From: Escherichia coli
GTDB taxonomy: Bacteria > Pseudomonadota > Gammaproteobacteria > Enterobacterales > Enterobacteriaceae
Length of the DNA: 64,000 bases
NCBI RefSeq assembly: GCF_036507355.1
Contig: NZ_AP027877.1
Strand: one strand, 5' to 3'
The position numbers and the translations under genes are program-made. Under the pieces are notes generated by a model. It did not search any database. It worked only from the letters and a program-made list of their open reading frames with translations, and was not told the DNA's origin. Shown here one piece after another: positions 33,564-47,097 of the stretch (the first letter of the stretch is position 1; each line of letters begins with the position of its first letter).

Positions 33564-34709
33564 ATGAAAATCGTAATCGCCCCAGACTCTTATAAAGAAA
33601 GTTTATCTGCCAGCGAGGTTGCGCAGGCGATAGAAAAAGGATTTCGGGAAATTTTTCCTGATGCACAGTACGTTTCTGTTCCTGTTGCCGACGGTGGCGA
33701 AGGAACGGTGGAAGCGATGATTGCAGCCACCCAGGGTTCCGAACGTCACGCCTGGGTTACAGGGCCGCTGGGCGAGAAAGTGAATGCCAGTTGGGGGATC
33801 TCCGGCGATGGCAAAACCGCGTTTATTGAAATGGCGGCGGCCAGTGGGCTGGAGCTGGTACCTGCGGAAAAACGCGATCCACTCGTGACCACTTCACACG
33901 GCACAGGCGAGTTAATCCTGCAGGCGCTGGAGAGCGGCGCGACAAACATTATTATCGGCATTGGCGGCAGCGCTACAAATGATGGCGGCGCAGGCATGGT
34001 ACAGGCGCTGGGGGCGAAATTATGCGACGCCAACGGCAATGAAATTGGTTTTGGCGGCGGTAGTCTTAATACTCTGAATGATATTGATATTTCCGGCCTC
34101 GATCCGCGCTTAAAAGATTGCGTCATTCGCGTCGCTTGTGATGTCACCAATCCGCTGGTGGGCGATAACGGCGCATCGCGCATCTTTGGCCCACAAAAGG
34201 GAGCCAGTGAAGCGATGATTGTTGAGCTGGACAATAACCTCTCTCACTATGCCGAGGTCATTAAAAAAGCGCTGCATGTTGATGTGAAAGATGTCCCCGG
34301 CGCAGGAGCTGCGGGTGGTATGGGCGCGGCGCTAATGGCGTTTCTTGGTGCGGAACTGAAAAGTGGTATTGAAATCGTCACTACGGCGCTGAATCTGGAG
34401 GAACATATTCACGATTGTACGCTGGTGATCACCGGTGAAGGGCGTATTGACAGCCAGAGTATTCACGGCAAGGTACCGATTGGCGTCGCAAACGTGGCGA
34501 AGAAGTACCATAAACCGGTGATTGGCATTGCGGGTAGCCTGACCGATGATGTTGGCGTTGTACATCAGCATGGCATTGATGCGGTCTTCAGCGTATTGAC
34601 CAGCATAGGTACGTTGGAGGAAGCATTTCGCGGGGCTTATGACAATATCTGCCGTGCTTCACGTAATATCGCCACGACACTGGCGATTGGAATGCGCAAC
34701 GCGGGGTGA
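33564..34709 (+). CDS. garK: Glycerate 2-kinase GarK
   Basis: ORF frame 33483..34709; start placed at MKIVIAPDSYKESL (381 aa). Confidence 0.88.
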   Translation: MKIVIAPDSYKESLSASEVAQAIEKGFREIFPDAQYVSVPVADGGEGTVEAMIAATQGSERHAWVTGPLGEKVNASWGISGDGKTAFIEMAAASGLELVPAEKRDPLVTTSHGTGELILQALESGATNIIIGIGGSATNDGGAGMVQALGAKLCDANGNEIGFGGGSLNTLNDIDISGLDPRLKDCVIRVACDVTNPLVGDNGASRIFGPQKGASEAMIVELDNNLSHYAEVIKKALHVDVKDVPGAGAAGGMGAALMAFLGAELKSGIEIVTTALNLEEHIHDCTLVITGEGRIDSQSIHGKVPIGVANVAKKYHKPVIGIAGSLTDDVGVVHQHGIDAVFSVLTSIGTLEEAFRGAYDNICRASRNIATTLAIGMRNAG

Positions 34710-34741
34710 CAAGGGCGCGCAAACCCTCTATACTTCGCGCC

Positions 34742-35118
<377 letters not shown>

Positions 35119-35127
35119 GATTTACGT

Positions 35128-35157
35128 AAAAACCCGCTTCGGCGGGTTTTTGCTTTT
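35128..35157 (+). terminator. rnpB rho-independent terminator
   Basis: Hairpin acccgc-ttcg-gcgggt followed by ttttgctttt. Confidence 0.7.
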
Positions 35158-35287
35158 GGAGGGGCAGAAAGATGAATGACTGTCCACGACGCTATACCCA
35201 AAAGAAAGCGGCTTATCGGTCAGTTTCACCTGATGTACGTAATAAACCGTTCCGGCGGGTTTCAGATTGTTGAGTGCGCTTTATTCA

Positions 35288-35388
35288 TGCTGGATGCGGC
35301 GTGAACGCCTTAGCCTGCCTACAAAAGCACGCAAATTCAATATATTGCAGAGATGGCGTAGGCCTGATAAGCGTAGCGCATCAGGCAT
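35288..35388. repeat. REP pair (BIME)
   Basis: gatgcggcgtgaacgccttagcctgcctac and inverted gtaggcctgataagcgtagcgcatcaggca. Confidence 0.7.
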
Positions 35389-35505
35389 TTTTGCGGTTGC
35401 CATCAGTTTCAAACCCGCGTCGATAAGTTTTTGCTTTTGGTGCACAGGGTAAGATGCATGAATATCTACGGTATTAATAATAGACTTTGTAAGAACTTAT
35501 TAAGT

Positions 35506-36693
35506 CTATATTGCGTTTAAAAGGTCGTAATCATACGTATAGTCCTCTCTGGTAAAATATTGATTCTCTGAGTTATATGCTTCATATGTGTTATATTCCC
35601 CGACCTCAAAACCATTGTCCGGAGAATTTTCGTCTTTCTCGAGGGTGTTATCTGAAAGTAACTCTTCTGAGCTAGAGTCTTCTATGTTTAAATCCATAGT
35701 ATAATTAATTTGGGGAATGATCAGATAAGCATTTTCTTTGATATTTTCATAATCTTCAATGATTATGTCGATATAATCATGTGTTTTTTCTGATGAGAAA
35801 TCTATCATCTCTGGTAATTTAATTCTGTTCAAGCAATTGTTGATTTTCGATGAGCTTTTATATATTTCTTTTGTTAATTCATTTTCTAATTTATCTGTAA
35901 GAGTTGCTCTTGGTATAGATTTTATAATTGCAAATCTCATAATTTTTAATTGTTCTTCGGTAATGTCTCCAAGCTCATTCAAACAACTTTCGACAAACTT
36001 GATTTTTTCTTCAGAATACATATCGCTAATGCTTATTAAAACAGGCGTTATTTTTAGTAAATAATCCCAGGAGATTGTGGTGTTTTGTTTTGAACTAACG
36101 AAATTTACCTGAAACATGTTGGCATTAGTAAAATCTGTGTCATCCAATTTAAAAGGATTTAAAATTGCATTGGCCATATGTTTATCTGTAAAATCATAAA
36201 GTTCTAAATCGACATTACGTAAGTCCAGAGAGGATAGATCAACGATATCTCCAGTCCCACAACTAAAAATTACGTTTAACCTACTGATTTCATTGTAAAT
36301 ATCTTTTAATGGGCAATTAATATTGATATTGCCTGTGGATATTTCCTAGTTTTTTAACGGTTCATTAATGGTAAGTTCACAAGTATTGTCCGATCGTTGA
36401 ATAATTTGGGCGTTATAACCTAAAAAATCCAGACGAAGAGACGAGTCATTATAAAGAATTACATTTTGTAAGTACGCTAATTCTTTTTGAAAATCACCAG
36501 TGATAATGCATTTTCCACCAGGTTGTAACGTGTTAAGTAAAGTGACCATTTCAATAGAGGTCTGTTTTAGTTTTTCTATACCTGGTGCTAGTGCTTCGAG
36601 GTTATTTCCTGTTGGGCTTTCAGGAAGGTCATTCATTTTTCGACGGACTAAATCACTACTAATATCATTACCAATTGATGAAACAGGGAACAT
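35506..36693 (-). pseudogene. yhaC: yhaC, interrupted by a single in-frame amber codon
   Basis: 1188 bp equals 396 codons, the full YhaC length. One TAG (complement of 36346..36348) in ...EPLKN*EISTGN...; translation is otherwise continuous across the 115-aa and 223-aa ORFs, with no frameshift. Confidence 0.75.
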
Positions 36694-36714
36694 TATTTTA
36701 TCCTTTATAAATAA

Positions 36715-37254
36715 TCAATAAAAATCATTATTAAAATGATCGGGTGAAAAAAAGAGAATTTGCCAACAATCTGAAGTAATGCTGGTTTTATTAAAGTACG
36801 CAGGGGGTGTTAAGATGGCTTCTTTTCGGGTGAATTTTGCACAATACTTAGAAATCGTCTCCTTAATACATTCCAGCTCTTTTTTATTGACGGCTGAGCA
36901 AGTACATTTTTCGCCAAAAGGTGCAAAAGTGCCTACATCTAATGTTTGTATGATATAATCGTCATGTTCTCCTGTAGAAATATCTATGATGAATGGACTC
37001 ATATTTTCCGGTTGGATTCGGATCATGACAGAAGGAACATCGCCTTGATAGAAATTCAATGCAGTAATTGCAGATAATACTCTCCGCAGTTCATTACTTA
37101 TACTGTAAATTTTATTAACGTCATTGGTGGAGACAATTTCTGCAAACTTTCTTTTTACCGTCCAATAATCAATATTTCTATTGTGATTATTAACCACTGC
37201 GTGCATTGGTGGGATTGAAGGGTGAAAAATATGTGCAATTGGGAAGCCTTTCAT
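36715..37254 (-). CDS. yhaB: Uncharacterized protein YhaB
   Basis: ORF 36715..37284; start placed at MKGFPIAHIF (179 aa); AT-rich gene; synteny. Confidence 0.7.
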   Translation of the reverse strand: MKGFPIAHIFHPSIPPMHAVVNNHNRNIDYWTVKRKFAEIVSTNDVNKIYSISNELRRVLSAITALNFYQGDVPSVMIRIQPENMSPFIIDISTGEHDDYIIQTLDVGTFAPFGEKCTCSAVNKKELECIKETISKYCAKFTRKEAILTPPAYFNKTSITSDCWQILFFSPDHFNNDFY

Positions 37255-37509
37255 TGATGCCTGCCTTGTCATCATGACAAACAATAATAGATGCTTATTT
37301 TCCTCGCAGGGTTCTTTCGCACTATCAAAAAACGCTCATTTACCCGGCGTTACAGTAAACGAAGCAACATTCTGTGGCCTACGCCGATCAAAAGCTCTGT
37401 GAAAATTTCCCTTGTTGTCTTTGTCTGACCTTATCGCGGCGATCAGCAATTATTCGTTTTGTGATCCTCAACACAAAATGCTATTTGTCGCCTATGAGGG
37501 GAGAAGAAT

Positions 37510-37728
37510 TTATGGAAAACGATTGCATTCACAAAATGACGTCCTGTCAGAAGAGAAAAAGTTGACGTTAATCAATTGTTCGAGATGATCAATACCTGTA
37601 TTCGAAATTTTAAAATATTGATAAAATAAATGTTTGTTCTCCAACAAATAGCGTGAAAAAATGTGACGTGCCGCATTATTTATCGCTGAAAATGGTTTAT
37701 TTATAATAAAATTTGAGAACTTGCTCAT
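37510..37728 (-). CDS. tdcR: Threonine dehydratase operon activator protein TdcR (small ORF)
   Basis: ORF 37510..37866; 72-aa version placed at MSKFSNFIINK; divergent from tdcA. Confidence 0.55.
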   Translation of the reverse strand: MSKFSNFIINKPFSAINNAARHIFSRYLLENKHLFYQYFKISNTGIDHLEQLINVNFFSSDRTSFCECNRFP

Positions 37729-37963
37729 TAAATTTAACTCAAATTTTGCCTGGTAATTATCCGGTAATTGCTTGAAATATGGTCTCAGCCCCTTTTTTGT
37801 ATTAACCACATAACGAATGATGTTATCGCCATAAAATATGGTTATCCCCGTCATTTTTTTTGACAAAAATCAGGGTTTATGCTGATTTTTATACTTTAAC
37901 TTATTGATATTTAAAGGTATTTAATTGACATGACGATACCCTGGAAAGTATTGAAAGTTAATT

Positions 37964-37979
37964 TGTGAGTGGTCGCACA
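37964..37979 (+). promoter_or_regulatory. CRP-binding site in the tdc promoter region
   Basis: tgtgagtggtcgcaca matches TGTGA-N6-TCACA at 9 of 10 positions, 64 bp upstream of the tdcA ATG. Confidence 0.55.
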
Positions 37980-38042
37980 TATCCTGTTCATTTCATTTTG
38001 ATACACTTCATGCCGTCAATGAGGTAATTAACGTAGGTCGTT

Positions 38043-38981
38043 ATGAGCACTATTCTTCTTCCGAAAACGCAGCACCTGGTAGTCTTTCAGGAAGTCATTA
38101 GAAGTGGTTCTATCGGCTCGGCTGCAAAAGAATTAGGGTTAACTCAACCGGCCGTCAGTAAAATCATTAACGATATTGAAGATTATTTTGGTGTGGAATT
38201 AGTGGTGCGGAAAAATACCGGTGTAACATTAACACCTGCCGGTCAATTGTTACTCTCTCGTTCCGAATCCATTACCCGTGAAATGAAAAATATGGTTAAT
38301 GAGATAAGCGGTATGTCTTCTGAGGCGGTGGTGGAAGTCTCATTTGGTTTTCCTTCATTGATTGGTTTTACTTTTATGTCAGGGATGATCAACAAGTTCA
38401 AAGAGGTGTTCCCGAAAGCGCAGGTTTCTATGTATGAAGCGCAACTGTCTTCGTTCTTACCGGCAATCCGCGACGGTCGACTTGATTTTGCGATTGGTAC
38501 GTTAAGCGCAGAAATGAAGCTTCAGGATTTACATGTTGAGCCGCTGTTCGAGTCCGAGTTTGTGCTGGTAGCCAGTAAGTCCCGAACATGCACCGGCACC
38601 ACCACGCTGGAGTCGTTGAAGAACGAACAGTGGGTGTTGCCACAAACTAATATGGGGTACTACAGCGAACTGCTTACTACGTTACAAAGAAATGGCATCA
38701 GTATTGAAAACATCGTTAAAACCGACTCAGTCGTGACAATTTATAATCTTGTTCTCAATGCTGATTTCTTAACTGTAATTCCTTGTGATATGACGTCACC
38801 TTTTGGTTCTAATCAATTTATTACTATTCCGGTTGAAGAAACATTACCTGTGGCACAATATGCCGCGGTATGGTCGAAAAATTATCGTATTAAAAAAGCA
38901 GCATCGGTTTTGGTGGAATTAGCCAAAGAGTATTCATCTTATAATGGGTGTAGACGAAGGCAATTAATAGAAGTTGGTTAG
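38043..38981 (+). CDS. tdcA: LysR-family transcriptional activator TdcA
   Basis: 312-aa ORF with N-terminal HTH; recognised as TdcA. Confidence 0.9.
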   Translation: MSTILLPKTQHLVVFQEVIRSGSIGSAAKELGLTQPAVSKIINDIEDYFGVELVVRKNTGVTLTPAGQLLLSRSESITREMKNMVNEISGMSSEAVVEVSFGFPSLIGFTFMSGMINKFKEVFPKAQVSMYEAQLSSFLPAIRDGRLDFAIGTLSAEMKLQDLHVEPLFESEFVLVASKSRTCTGTTTLESLKNEQWVLPQTNMGYYSELLTTLQRNGISIENIVKTDSVVTIYNLVLNADFLTVIPCDMTSPFGSNQFITIPVEETLPVAQYAAVWSKNYRIKKAASVLVELAKEYSSYNGCRRRQLIEVG

Positions 38982-39079
38982 TTATTTGTTTTTATTTAAA
39001 CATAAATAATCCACCTGTCTGTCTTGCAGGTGTCGGTTACGGTTACCTACATATTTAATTCAGGCGAAGAGGTTTTATA

Positions 39080-40069
39080 ATGCATATTACATACGATCTG
39101 CCGGTTGCTATTGATGACATTATTGAAGCGAAACAACGACTGGCTGGGCGAATTTATAAAACAGGCATGCCTCGCTCCAACTATTTTAGTGAACGTTGCA
39201 AAGGTGAAATATTCCTGAAGTTTGAAAATATGCAGCGTACGGGTTCATTTAAAATTCGTGGCGCATTTAATAAATTAAGTTCACTGACTGATGCGGAAAA
39301 ACGCAAAGGCGTGGTGGCCTGTTCTGCGGGCAACCATGCGCAAGGGGTTTCGCTCTCCTGCGCGATGCTGGGTATCGACGGTAAAGTGGTGATGCCAAAA
39401 GGCGCGCCGAAATCCAAAGTAGCGGCAACGTGCGACTACTCCGCAGAAGTCGTTCTGCATGGTGATAACTTCAACGACACTATCGCTAAAGTGAGCGAAA
39501 TTGTCGAAATGGAAGGCCGTATTTTTATCCCACCTTACGATGATCCGAAAGTGATTGCTGGTCAGGGAACGATTGGCCTGGAAATTATGGAAGATCTCTA
39601 TGATGTCGATAACGTGATTGTGCCAATTGGTGGTGGCGGTTTAATTGCTGGTATTGCGGTGGCAATTAAATCTATTAACCCGACCATTCGTGTTATTGGC
39701 GTACAGTCAGAAAACGTTCACGGCATGGCGGCTTCTTTCCACTCCGGAGAAATAACCACGCACCGAACTACCGGCACCCTGGCGGATGGTTGTGATGTCT
39801 CCCGCCCGGGTAATTTAACTTACGAAATCGTTCGTGAATTAGTCGATGACATCGTGCTGGTCAGCGAAGACGAAATCAGAAACAGTATGATTGCCTTAAT
39901 TCAGCGCAATAAAGTCGTCACCGAAGGCGCAGGCGCTCTGGCATGTGCTGCATTATTAAGCGGTAGATTAGACCAATATATTCAAAACAGAAAAACCGTC
40001 AGTATTATTTCCGGCGGCAATATCGATCTTTCTCGCGTCTCTCAAATCACCGGTTTCGTTGACGCTTAA
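39080..40069 (+). CDS. tdcB: Catabolic threonine dehydratase TdcB
   Basis: 329-aa ORF; PLP lysine motif SFKIRGA. Confidence 0.92.
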   Translation: MHITYDLPVAIDDIIEAKQRLAGRIYKTGMPRSNYFSERCKGEIFLKFENMQRTGSFKIRGAFNKLSSLTDAEKRKGVVACSAGNHAQGVSLSCAMLGIDGKVVMPKGAPKSKVAATCDYSAEVVLHGDNFNDTIAKVSEIVEMEGRIFIPPYDDPKVIAGQGTIGLEIMEDLYDVDNVIVPIGGGGLIAGIAVAIKSINPTIRVIGVQSENVHGMAASFHSGEITTHRTTGTLADGCDVSRPGNLTYEIVRELVDDIVLVSEDEIRNSMIALIQRNKVVTEGAGALACAALLSGRLDQYIQNRKTVSIISGGNIDLSRVSQITGFVDA

Positions 40070-40087
40070 TTAATTCGTTGAGGATAG

Positions 40088-41422
<1,335 letters not shown>

Positions 41423-41447
41423 TCCGTAACTCAGGATGAGAAAAGAG

Positions 41448-42656
41448 ATGAATGAATTTCCGGTTGTTTTGGTTATTAACTGTGGTTCGTCTTCGATTAA
41501 GTTTTCCGTACTCGATGCCAGCGACTGTGAAGTATTAATGTCAGGTATTGCCGACGGTATTAACTCGGAAAATGCATTCTTATCCGTAAATGGGGGAGAG
41601 CCAGCACCGCTGGCTCACCACAGCTACGAAGGTGCATTGAAGGCAATTGCATTTGAACTGGAAAAACGGAATTTAAATGACAGTGTGGCCTTAATTGGCC
41701 ACCGCATCGCTCACGGCGGCAGTATTTTTACCGAGTCCGCCATTATTACCGATGAAGTCATTGATAATATCCGTCGCGTTTCTCCACTGGCACCCCTGCA
41801 TAATTACGCCAATTTAAGTGGTATTGAATCGGCGCAGCAACTATTCCCGGGCGTAACTCAGGTGGCGGTATTTGATACCAGTTTCCACCAGACGATGGCT
41901 CCGGAAGCTTATTTATACGGCCTGCCGTGGAAATATTATGAAGAGTTAGGTGTACGCCGTTATGGTTTCCACGGCACGTCGCACCGCTATGTTTCCCAGC
42001 GCGCACATTCTTTGCTGAATCTGGCGGAAGATGACTCCGGCCTGGTTGTGGCGCATCTTGGCAATGGCGCGTCAATCTGCGCAGTTCGCAACGGTCAGAG
42101 TGTTGACACCTCAATGGGAATGACGCCGCTGGAAGGCTTGATGATGGGTACCCGCAGTGGCGATGTCGACTTTGGTGCGATGTCCTGGGTCGCCAGCCAA
42201 ACCAACCAGAGCTTGGGTGACCTGGAACGCGTAGTGAATAAAGAGTCGGGATTATTAGGTATTTCCGGTCTTTCTTCGGATTTACGTGTTCTGGAAAAAG
42301 CCTGGCATGAAGGTCACGAACGCGCGCAACTGGCAATTAAAACCTTTGTTCACCGAATTGCCCGTCATATTGCCGGACACGCAGCTTCATTACGTCGGCT
42401 GGATGGAATTATATTCACCGGCGGAATAGGAGAGAATTCAAGTTTAATTCGTCGTCTGGTCATGGAACATTTGGCTGTATTAGGCGTAGAGATTGATACA
42501 GAAATGAATAATCGATCTAACTCTTTGGGAGAGCGAATTGTTTCCAGTGAAAATGCGCGTGTCATTTGTGCCGTTATTCCGACTAACGAAGAAAAAATGA
42601 TTGCTTTGGATGCCATTCATTTAGGCAAAGTTAACGCGCCCGCAGAATTTGCATAA
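41448..42656 (+). CDS. tdcD: Propionate kinase TdcD
   Basis: ORF 41436..42656; start placed at [19 protein letters not shown] (402 aa); acetate-kinase family. Confidence 0.9.
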   Translation: MNEFPVVLVINCGSSSIKFSVLDASDCEVLMSGIADGINSENAFLSVNGGEPAPLAHHSYEGALKAIAFELEKRNLNDSVALIGHRIAHGGSIFTESAIITDEVIDNIRRVSPLAPLHNYANLSGIESAQQLFPGVTQVAVFDTSFHQTMAPEAYLYGLPWKYYEELGVRRYGFHGTSHRYVSQRAHSLLNLAEDDSGLVVAHLGNGASICAVRNGQSVDTSMGMTPLEGLMMGTRSGDVDFGAMSWVASQTNQSLGDLERVVNKESGLLGISGLSSDLRVLEKAWHEGHERAQLAIKTFVHRIARHIAGHAASLRRLDGIIFTGGIGENSSLIRRLVMEHLAVLGVEIDTEMNNRSNSLGERIVSSENARVICAVIPTNEEKMIALDAIHLGKVNAPAEFA

Positions 42657-42689
42657 TTTAGTTGAAGTATTGTAGAGAGATTATTTTTC

Positions 42690-44984
42690 ATGAAGGTAGA
42701 TATTGATACCAGCGATAAGCTGTACGCCGACGCATGGCTTGGCTTTAAAGGTACGGACTGGAAAAACGAAATTAATGTCCGCGATTTTATTCAACATAAC
42801 TATACACCGTATGAAGGCGATGAATCTTTCCTCGCCGAAGCGACGCCTGCCACCACGGAATTGTGGGAAAAAGTAATGGAAGGCATCCGTATCGAAAACG
42901 CAACCCACGCGCCGGTTGATTTCGATACCAATATTGCCACCACAATTACCGCTCATGATGCGGGATATATTAACCAGCCGCTGGAAAAAATTGTTGGCCT
43001 GCAAACGGATGCGCCGTTGAAACGTGCGTTACACCCGTTCGGTGGCATTAATATGATTAAAAGTTCATTCCACGCCTATGGTCGTGAGATGGACAGTGAA
43101 TTTGAATATCTGTTTACCGATCTGCGTAAAACCCATAACCAGGGCGTATTTGATGTTTACTCACCGGATATGCTGCGCTGCCGTAAATCTGGCGTGCTGA
43201 CCGGTTTACCAGATGGCTATGGCCGTGGGCGCATTATCGGTGACTATCGCCGCGTAGCGCTTTACGGCATCAGTTATCTGGTACGTGAACGCGAACTGCA
43301 ATTTGCCGATCTCCAGTCTCGTCTGGAAAAAGGCGAGGATCTGGAAGCCACCATCCGTCTGCGTGAGGAGCTGGCAGAGCATCGTCATGCGCTGTTGCAG
43401 ATTCAGGAAATGGCGGCGAAATATGGCTTTGATATCTCTCGCCCGGCGCAGAATGCGCAGGAAGCGGTGCAGTGGCTCTACTTCGCTTATCTGGCGGCAG
43501 TGAAATCACAGAACGGCGGCGCGATGTCGCTGGGTCGCACGGCATCGTTCCTCGATATCTACATTGAGCGCGACTTTAAAGCTGGCGTACTCAATGAGCA
43601 GCAGGCACAGGAACTGATCGATCACTTCATCATGAAGATCCGTATGGTGCGCTTCCTGCGTACGCCGGAATTTGATTCTCTGTTCTCCGGCGACCCAATC
43701 TGGGCGACGGAAGTGATCGGCGGGATGGGGCTGGACGGTCGTACGCTGGTGACCAAAAACTCCTTCCGCTATTTGCACACCCTGCACACTATGGGGCCGG
43801 CTCCGGAACCTAACCTGACCATTCTTTGGTCGGAAGAATTACCGATTGCCTTCAAAAAATATGCCGCGCAGGTGTCGATCGTCACCTCTTCCTTGCAGTA
43901 TGAAAACGACGATCTGATGCGTACTGACTTCAACAGCGACGATTACGCGATTGCCTGCTGCGTCAGCCCAATGGTGATTGGTAAGCAAATGCAGTTCTTT
44001 GGTGCACGCGCTAACCTGGCGAAAACGCTGCTCTACGCAATTAACGGCGGGGTGGACGAGAAGCTGAAGATTCAGGTCGGGCCGAAAACAGCACCGTTGA
44101 TGGACGATGTGCTGGATTACGACAAAGTGATGGACAGCCTCGATCACTTCATGGACTGGCTGGCGGTGCAGTACATCAGCGCGCTGAATATCATTCACTA
44201 CATGCACGACAAGTACAGCTACGAAGCTTCGCTGATGGCGCTGCACGATCGTGATGTCTATCGCACCATGGCGTGCGGCATCGCGGGCCTGTCGGTGGCA
44301 ACGGACTCCCTGTCTGCCATCAAATATGCCCGCGTGAAACCAATCCGTGACGAAAACGGCCTGGCGGTGGACTTTGAAATCGACGGTGAATATCCGCAGT
44401 ACGGCAACAACGACGAGCGCGTAGACAGCATTGCCTGCGATCTGGTTGAACGTTTTATGAAGAAAATTAAAGCGCTGCCAACCTATCGCAACGCCGTCCC
44501 TACCCAGTCGATTCTGACTATCACTTCTAACGTGGTGTACGGCCAGAAAACCGGTAATACGCCGGACGGTCGTCGCGCCGGAACACCGTTCGCGCCGGGC
44601 GCTAACCCGATGCATGGTCGTGACCGCAAAGGTGCCGTGGCCTCATTGACGTCGGTGGCGAAACTGCCGTTCACCTACGCCAAAGATGGGATCTCGTACA
44701 CCTTCTCAATCGTCCCTGCGGCGCTGGGCAAAGAAGATCCAGTACGTAAAACCAACCTTGTCGGCCTGCTGGATGGGTATTTCCACCACGAAGCGGATGT
44801 CGAAGGCGGTCAACACCTCAACGTCAACGTAATGAATCGGGAAATGCTGCTGGATGCCATCGAGCACCCGGAAAAATATCCTAACCTGACAATCCGTGTC
44901 TCTGGCTACGCCGTGCGCTTCAACGCACTGACCCGTGAACAGCAGCAGGATGTTATTTCTCGTACCTTTACCCAGGCGCTCTGA
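42690..44984 (+). CDS. tdcE: 2-ketobutyrate formate-lyase / pyruvate formate-lyase TdcE
   Basis: 764-aa ORF; glycyl-radical motif RVSGYAV near the C-terminus. Confidence 0.92.
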   Translation: MKVDIDTSDKLYADAWLGFKGTDWKNEINVRDFIQHNYTPYEGDESFLAEATPATTELWEKVMEGIRIENATHAPVDFDTNIATTITAHDAGYINQPLEKIVGLQTDAPLKRALHPFGGINMIKSSFHAYGREMDSEFEYLFTDLRKTHNQGVFDVYSPDMLRCRKSGVLTGLPDGYGRGRIIGDYRRVALYGISYLVRERELQFADLQSRLEKGEDLEATIRLREELAEHRHALLQIQEMAAKYGFDISRPAQNAQEAVQWLYFAYLAAVKSQNGGAMSLGRTASFLDIYIERDFKAGVLNEQQAQELIDHFIMKIRMVRFLRTPEFDSLFSGDPIWATEVIGGMGLDGRTLVTKNSFRYLHTLHTMGPAPEPNLTILWSEELPIAFKKYAAQVSIVTSSLQYENDDLMRTDFNSDDYAIACCVSPMVIGKQMQFFGARANLAKTLLYAINGGVDEKLKIQVGPKTAPLMDDVLDYDKVMDSLDHFMDWLAVQYISALNIIHYMHDKYSYEASLMALHDRDVYRTMACGIAGLSVATDSLSAIKYARVKPIRDENGLAVDFEIDGEYPQYGNNDERVDSIACDLVERFMKKIKALPTYRNAVPTQSILTITSNVVYGQKTGNTPDGRRAGTPFAPGANPMHGRDRKGAVASLTSVAKLPFTYAKDGISYTFSIVPAALGKEDPVRKTNLVGLLDGYFHHEADVEGGQHLNVNVMNREMLLDAIEHPEKYPNLTIRVSGYAVRFNALTREQQQDVISRTFTQAL

Positions 44985-44997
44985 CGCCGGAGGATGT

Positions 44998-45387
44998 ATG
45001 AAAAAGATTATCGAAACGCAACGTGCCCCAGGCGCAATCGGCCCTTACGTTCAGGGCGTTGATTTAGGCAGCATGGTCTTCACCTCCGGTCAAATTCCGG
45101 TTTGCCCACAGACCGGTGAGATCCCGGCTGATGTGCAAGATCAGGCGCGTTTAAGCCTCGAAAACGTCAAAGCGATCGTGGTTGCTGCCGGGCTGAGCGT
45201 GGGCGATATCATCAAGATGACCGTGTTCATCACCGATCTGAATGATTTTGCCACCATCAACGAAGTCTATAAGCAGTTCTTCGATGAGCATCAGGCGACC
45301 TATCCGACCCGGAGCTGTGTGCAGGTCGCGCGTTTGCCGAAAGATGTGAAGCTGGAAATTGAAGCCATCGCAGTACGTAGTGCGTAA
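44998..45387 (+). CDS. tdcF: RidA-family enamine/imine deaminase TdcF
   Basis: ATG at 44998 preceded by ggagga RBS; 129 aa starting MKKIIETQRAPGAIGPY. Confidence 0.88.
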   Translation: MKKIIETQRAPGAIGPYVQGVDLGSMVFTSGQIPVCPQTGEIPADVQDQARLSLENVKAIVVAAGLSVGDIIKMTVFITDLNDFATINEVYKQFFDEHQATYPTRSCVQVARLPKDVKLEIEAIAVRSA

Positions 45388-45458
45388 AGCCTCGTGAGCG
45401 GGACGGTCGTAAGGTCGTTCCGCTCCACTTCACTGAACGGCAATCCGAGGGTGTGGAT

Positions 45459-46823
45459 ATGATTAGTGCATTCGATATTTTCAAAATTGGGATTGGTCCC
45501 TCCAGTTCGCATACCGTGGGGCCAATGAATGCCGGAAAAAGTTTTATTGATCGGCTGGAAAGTAGCGGCTTATTAACCGCGACGAGCCATATTGTGGTCG
45601 ATCTGTACGGGTCGTTGTCACTGACGGGCAAAGGCCATGCCACGGATGTCGCCATCATCATGGGACTGGCAGGAAACAGTCCGCAGGATGTTGTCATTGA
45701 TGAGATCCCTGCATTTATAGAGTTAGTAACGCGCAGCGGGCGGCTGCCAGTGGCATCTGGTGCGCATATTGTTGATTTTCCTGTAGCAAAGAACATTATC
45801 TTCCATCCCGAAATGTTGCCTCGCCATGAGAACGGAATGCGGATCACTGCCTGGAAGGCACAGGAAGAGCTATTAAGTAAAACCTATTACTCTGTCGGCG
45901 GCGGGTTTATTGTCGAAGAAGAACACTTCGGCCTGTCGCACGATGTCGAAACACCCGTACCTTACGATTTCCACTCAGCAGGTGAACTGCTGAAAATGTG
46001 TGATTACAACGGCCTGTCTATTTCTGGCCTGATGATGCACAACGAGCTAGCGCTGCGCAGTAAAGCGGAAATTGACGCCGGTTTTGCCCGTATCTGGCAA
46101 GTGATGCATGACGGTATTGAACGCGGGATGAACACTGAAGGCGTGCTGCCTGGTCCGCTCAATGTGCCGCGCCGTGCCGTAGCGCTGCGTCGTCAGCTGG
46201 TTTCCAGCGATAACATCTCTAACGATCCGATGAATGTCATCGACTGGATCAACATGTACGCGCTGGCGGTTAGTGAAGAAAACGCAGCTGGCGGGCGCGT
46301 GGTAACGGCACCGACTAACGGTGCGTGCGGCATTATTCCGGCAGTGCTGGCTTATTACGATAAGTTCCGTCGTCCGGTAAACGAGCGGTCAATTGCCCGC
46401 TATTTTCTTGCAGCCGGGGCTATTGGCGCGCTGTATAAAATGAACGCCTCCATCTCTGGCGCGGAGGTCGGCTGTCAGGGGGAGATTGGCGTGGCCTGTT
46501 CAATGGCGGCGGCAGGGTTAACTGAACTACTGGGCGGCAGTCCGGCGCAGGTATGCAATGCGGCGGAAATCGCGATGGAGCATAACCTTGGACTGACCTG
46601 CGATCCGGTTGCCGGACAGGTACAAATCCCGTGCATTGAACGTAATGCCATTAATGCCGTGAAAGCAGTAAACGCCGCGCGGATGGCGATGCGCCGCACC
46701 TCGGCACCGCGTGTTTCACTCGATAAAGTGATCGAGACGATGTATGAAACCGGCAAAGATATGAACGATAAATACCGCGAAACATCACGCGGAGGACTGG
46801 CCATTAAAGTGGTCTGCGGCTGA
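45459..46823 (+). CDS. tdcG: L-serine dehydratase TdcG
   Basis: ORF 45453..46823; ATG start at 45459 giving [23 protein letters not shown] (454 aa). Confidence 0.9.
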   Translation: MISAFDIFKIGIGPSSSHTVGPMNAGKSFIDRLESSGLLTATSHIVVDLYGSLSLTGKGHATDVAIIMGLAGNSPQDVVIDEIPAFIELVTRSGRLPVASGAHIVDFPVAKNIIFHPEMLPRHENGMRITAWKAQEELLSKTYYSVGGGFIVEEEHFGLSHDVETPVPYDFHSAGELLKMCDYNGLSISGLMMHNELALRSKAEIDAGFARIWQVMHDGIERGMNTEGVLPGPLNVPRRAVALRRQLVSSDNISNDPMNVIDWINMYALAVSEENAAGGRVVTAPTNGACGIIPAVLAYYDKFRRPVNERSIARYFLAAGAIGALYKMNASISGAEVGCQGEIGVACSMAAAGLTELLGGSPAQVCNAAEIAMEHNLGLTCDPVAGQVQIPCIERNAINAVKAVNAARMAMRRTSAPRVSLDKVIETMYETGKDMNDKYRETSRGGLAIKVVCG

Positions 46824-46847
46824 CATTGCTGTCAGCTTTCATCCTTG

Positions 46848-46873
46848 GGTGCACAAATGTGCACCTTTTTTTT
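46848..46873 (+). terminator. Rho-independent terminator after tdcG
   Basis: Perfect palindrome ggtgcacaaatgtgcacc followed by a T-run of 8; a second hairpin gctgacattgctgtcagc (46819..46836) overlaps the tdcG stop. Confidence 0.75.
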
Positions 46874-47097
46874 GTGATCTGCCGCAAATAGAGAATGAAT
46901 ATTCTCTTGCGATTAATTTAGTAGAAAATTCTTATCCATCTCCGTTATTTCAAAGTCTTGATTGTGAAGATTTTCTCTGACCTCGCGCGTATCATTTCTT
47001 TATTCTAATAACTCGCCTGCAAAAACGTAGACCGCATATCGCCTTGATGCGGCTCGGAAAAAAATGATAAGCCCTACAAAATATTGAGCGAGAAATT

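Noticed and set aside
35119-35505. Possible small RNA or protein gene in the rnpB-yhaC gap
   Set aside because: The interval is accounted for by the rnpB terminator, the second rnpB-derived repeat and a REP pair; no ORF with an RBS and no independent promoter-terminator pair was recognisable.
43839-44615. 258-aa minus-strand ORF inside tdcE
   Set aside because: Antisense to the conserved pyruvate formate-lyase frame; His/Arg/Val-rich translation with no start context.
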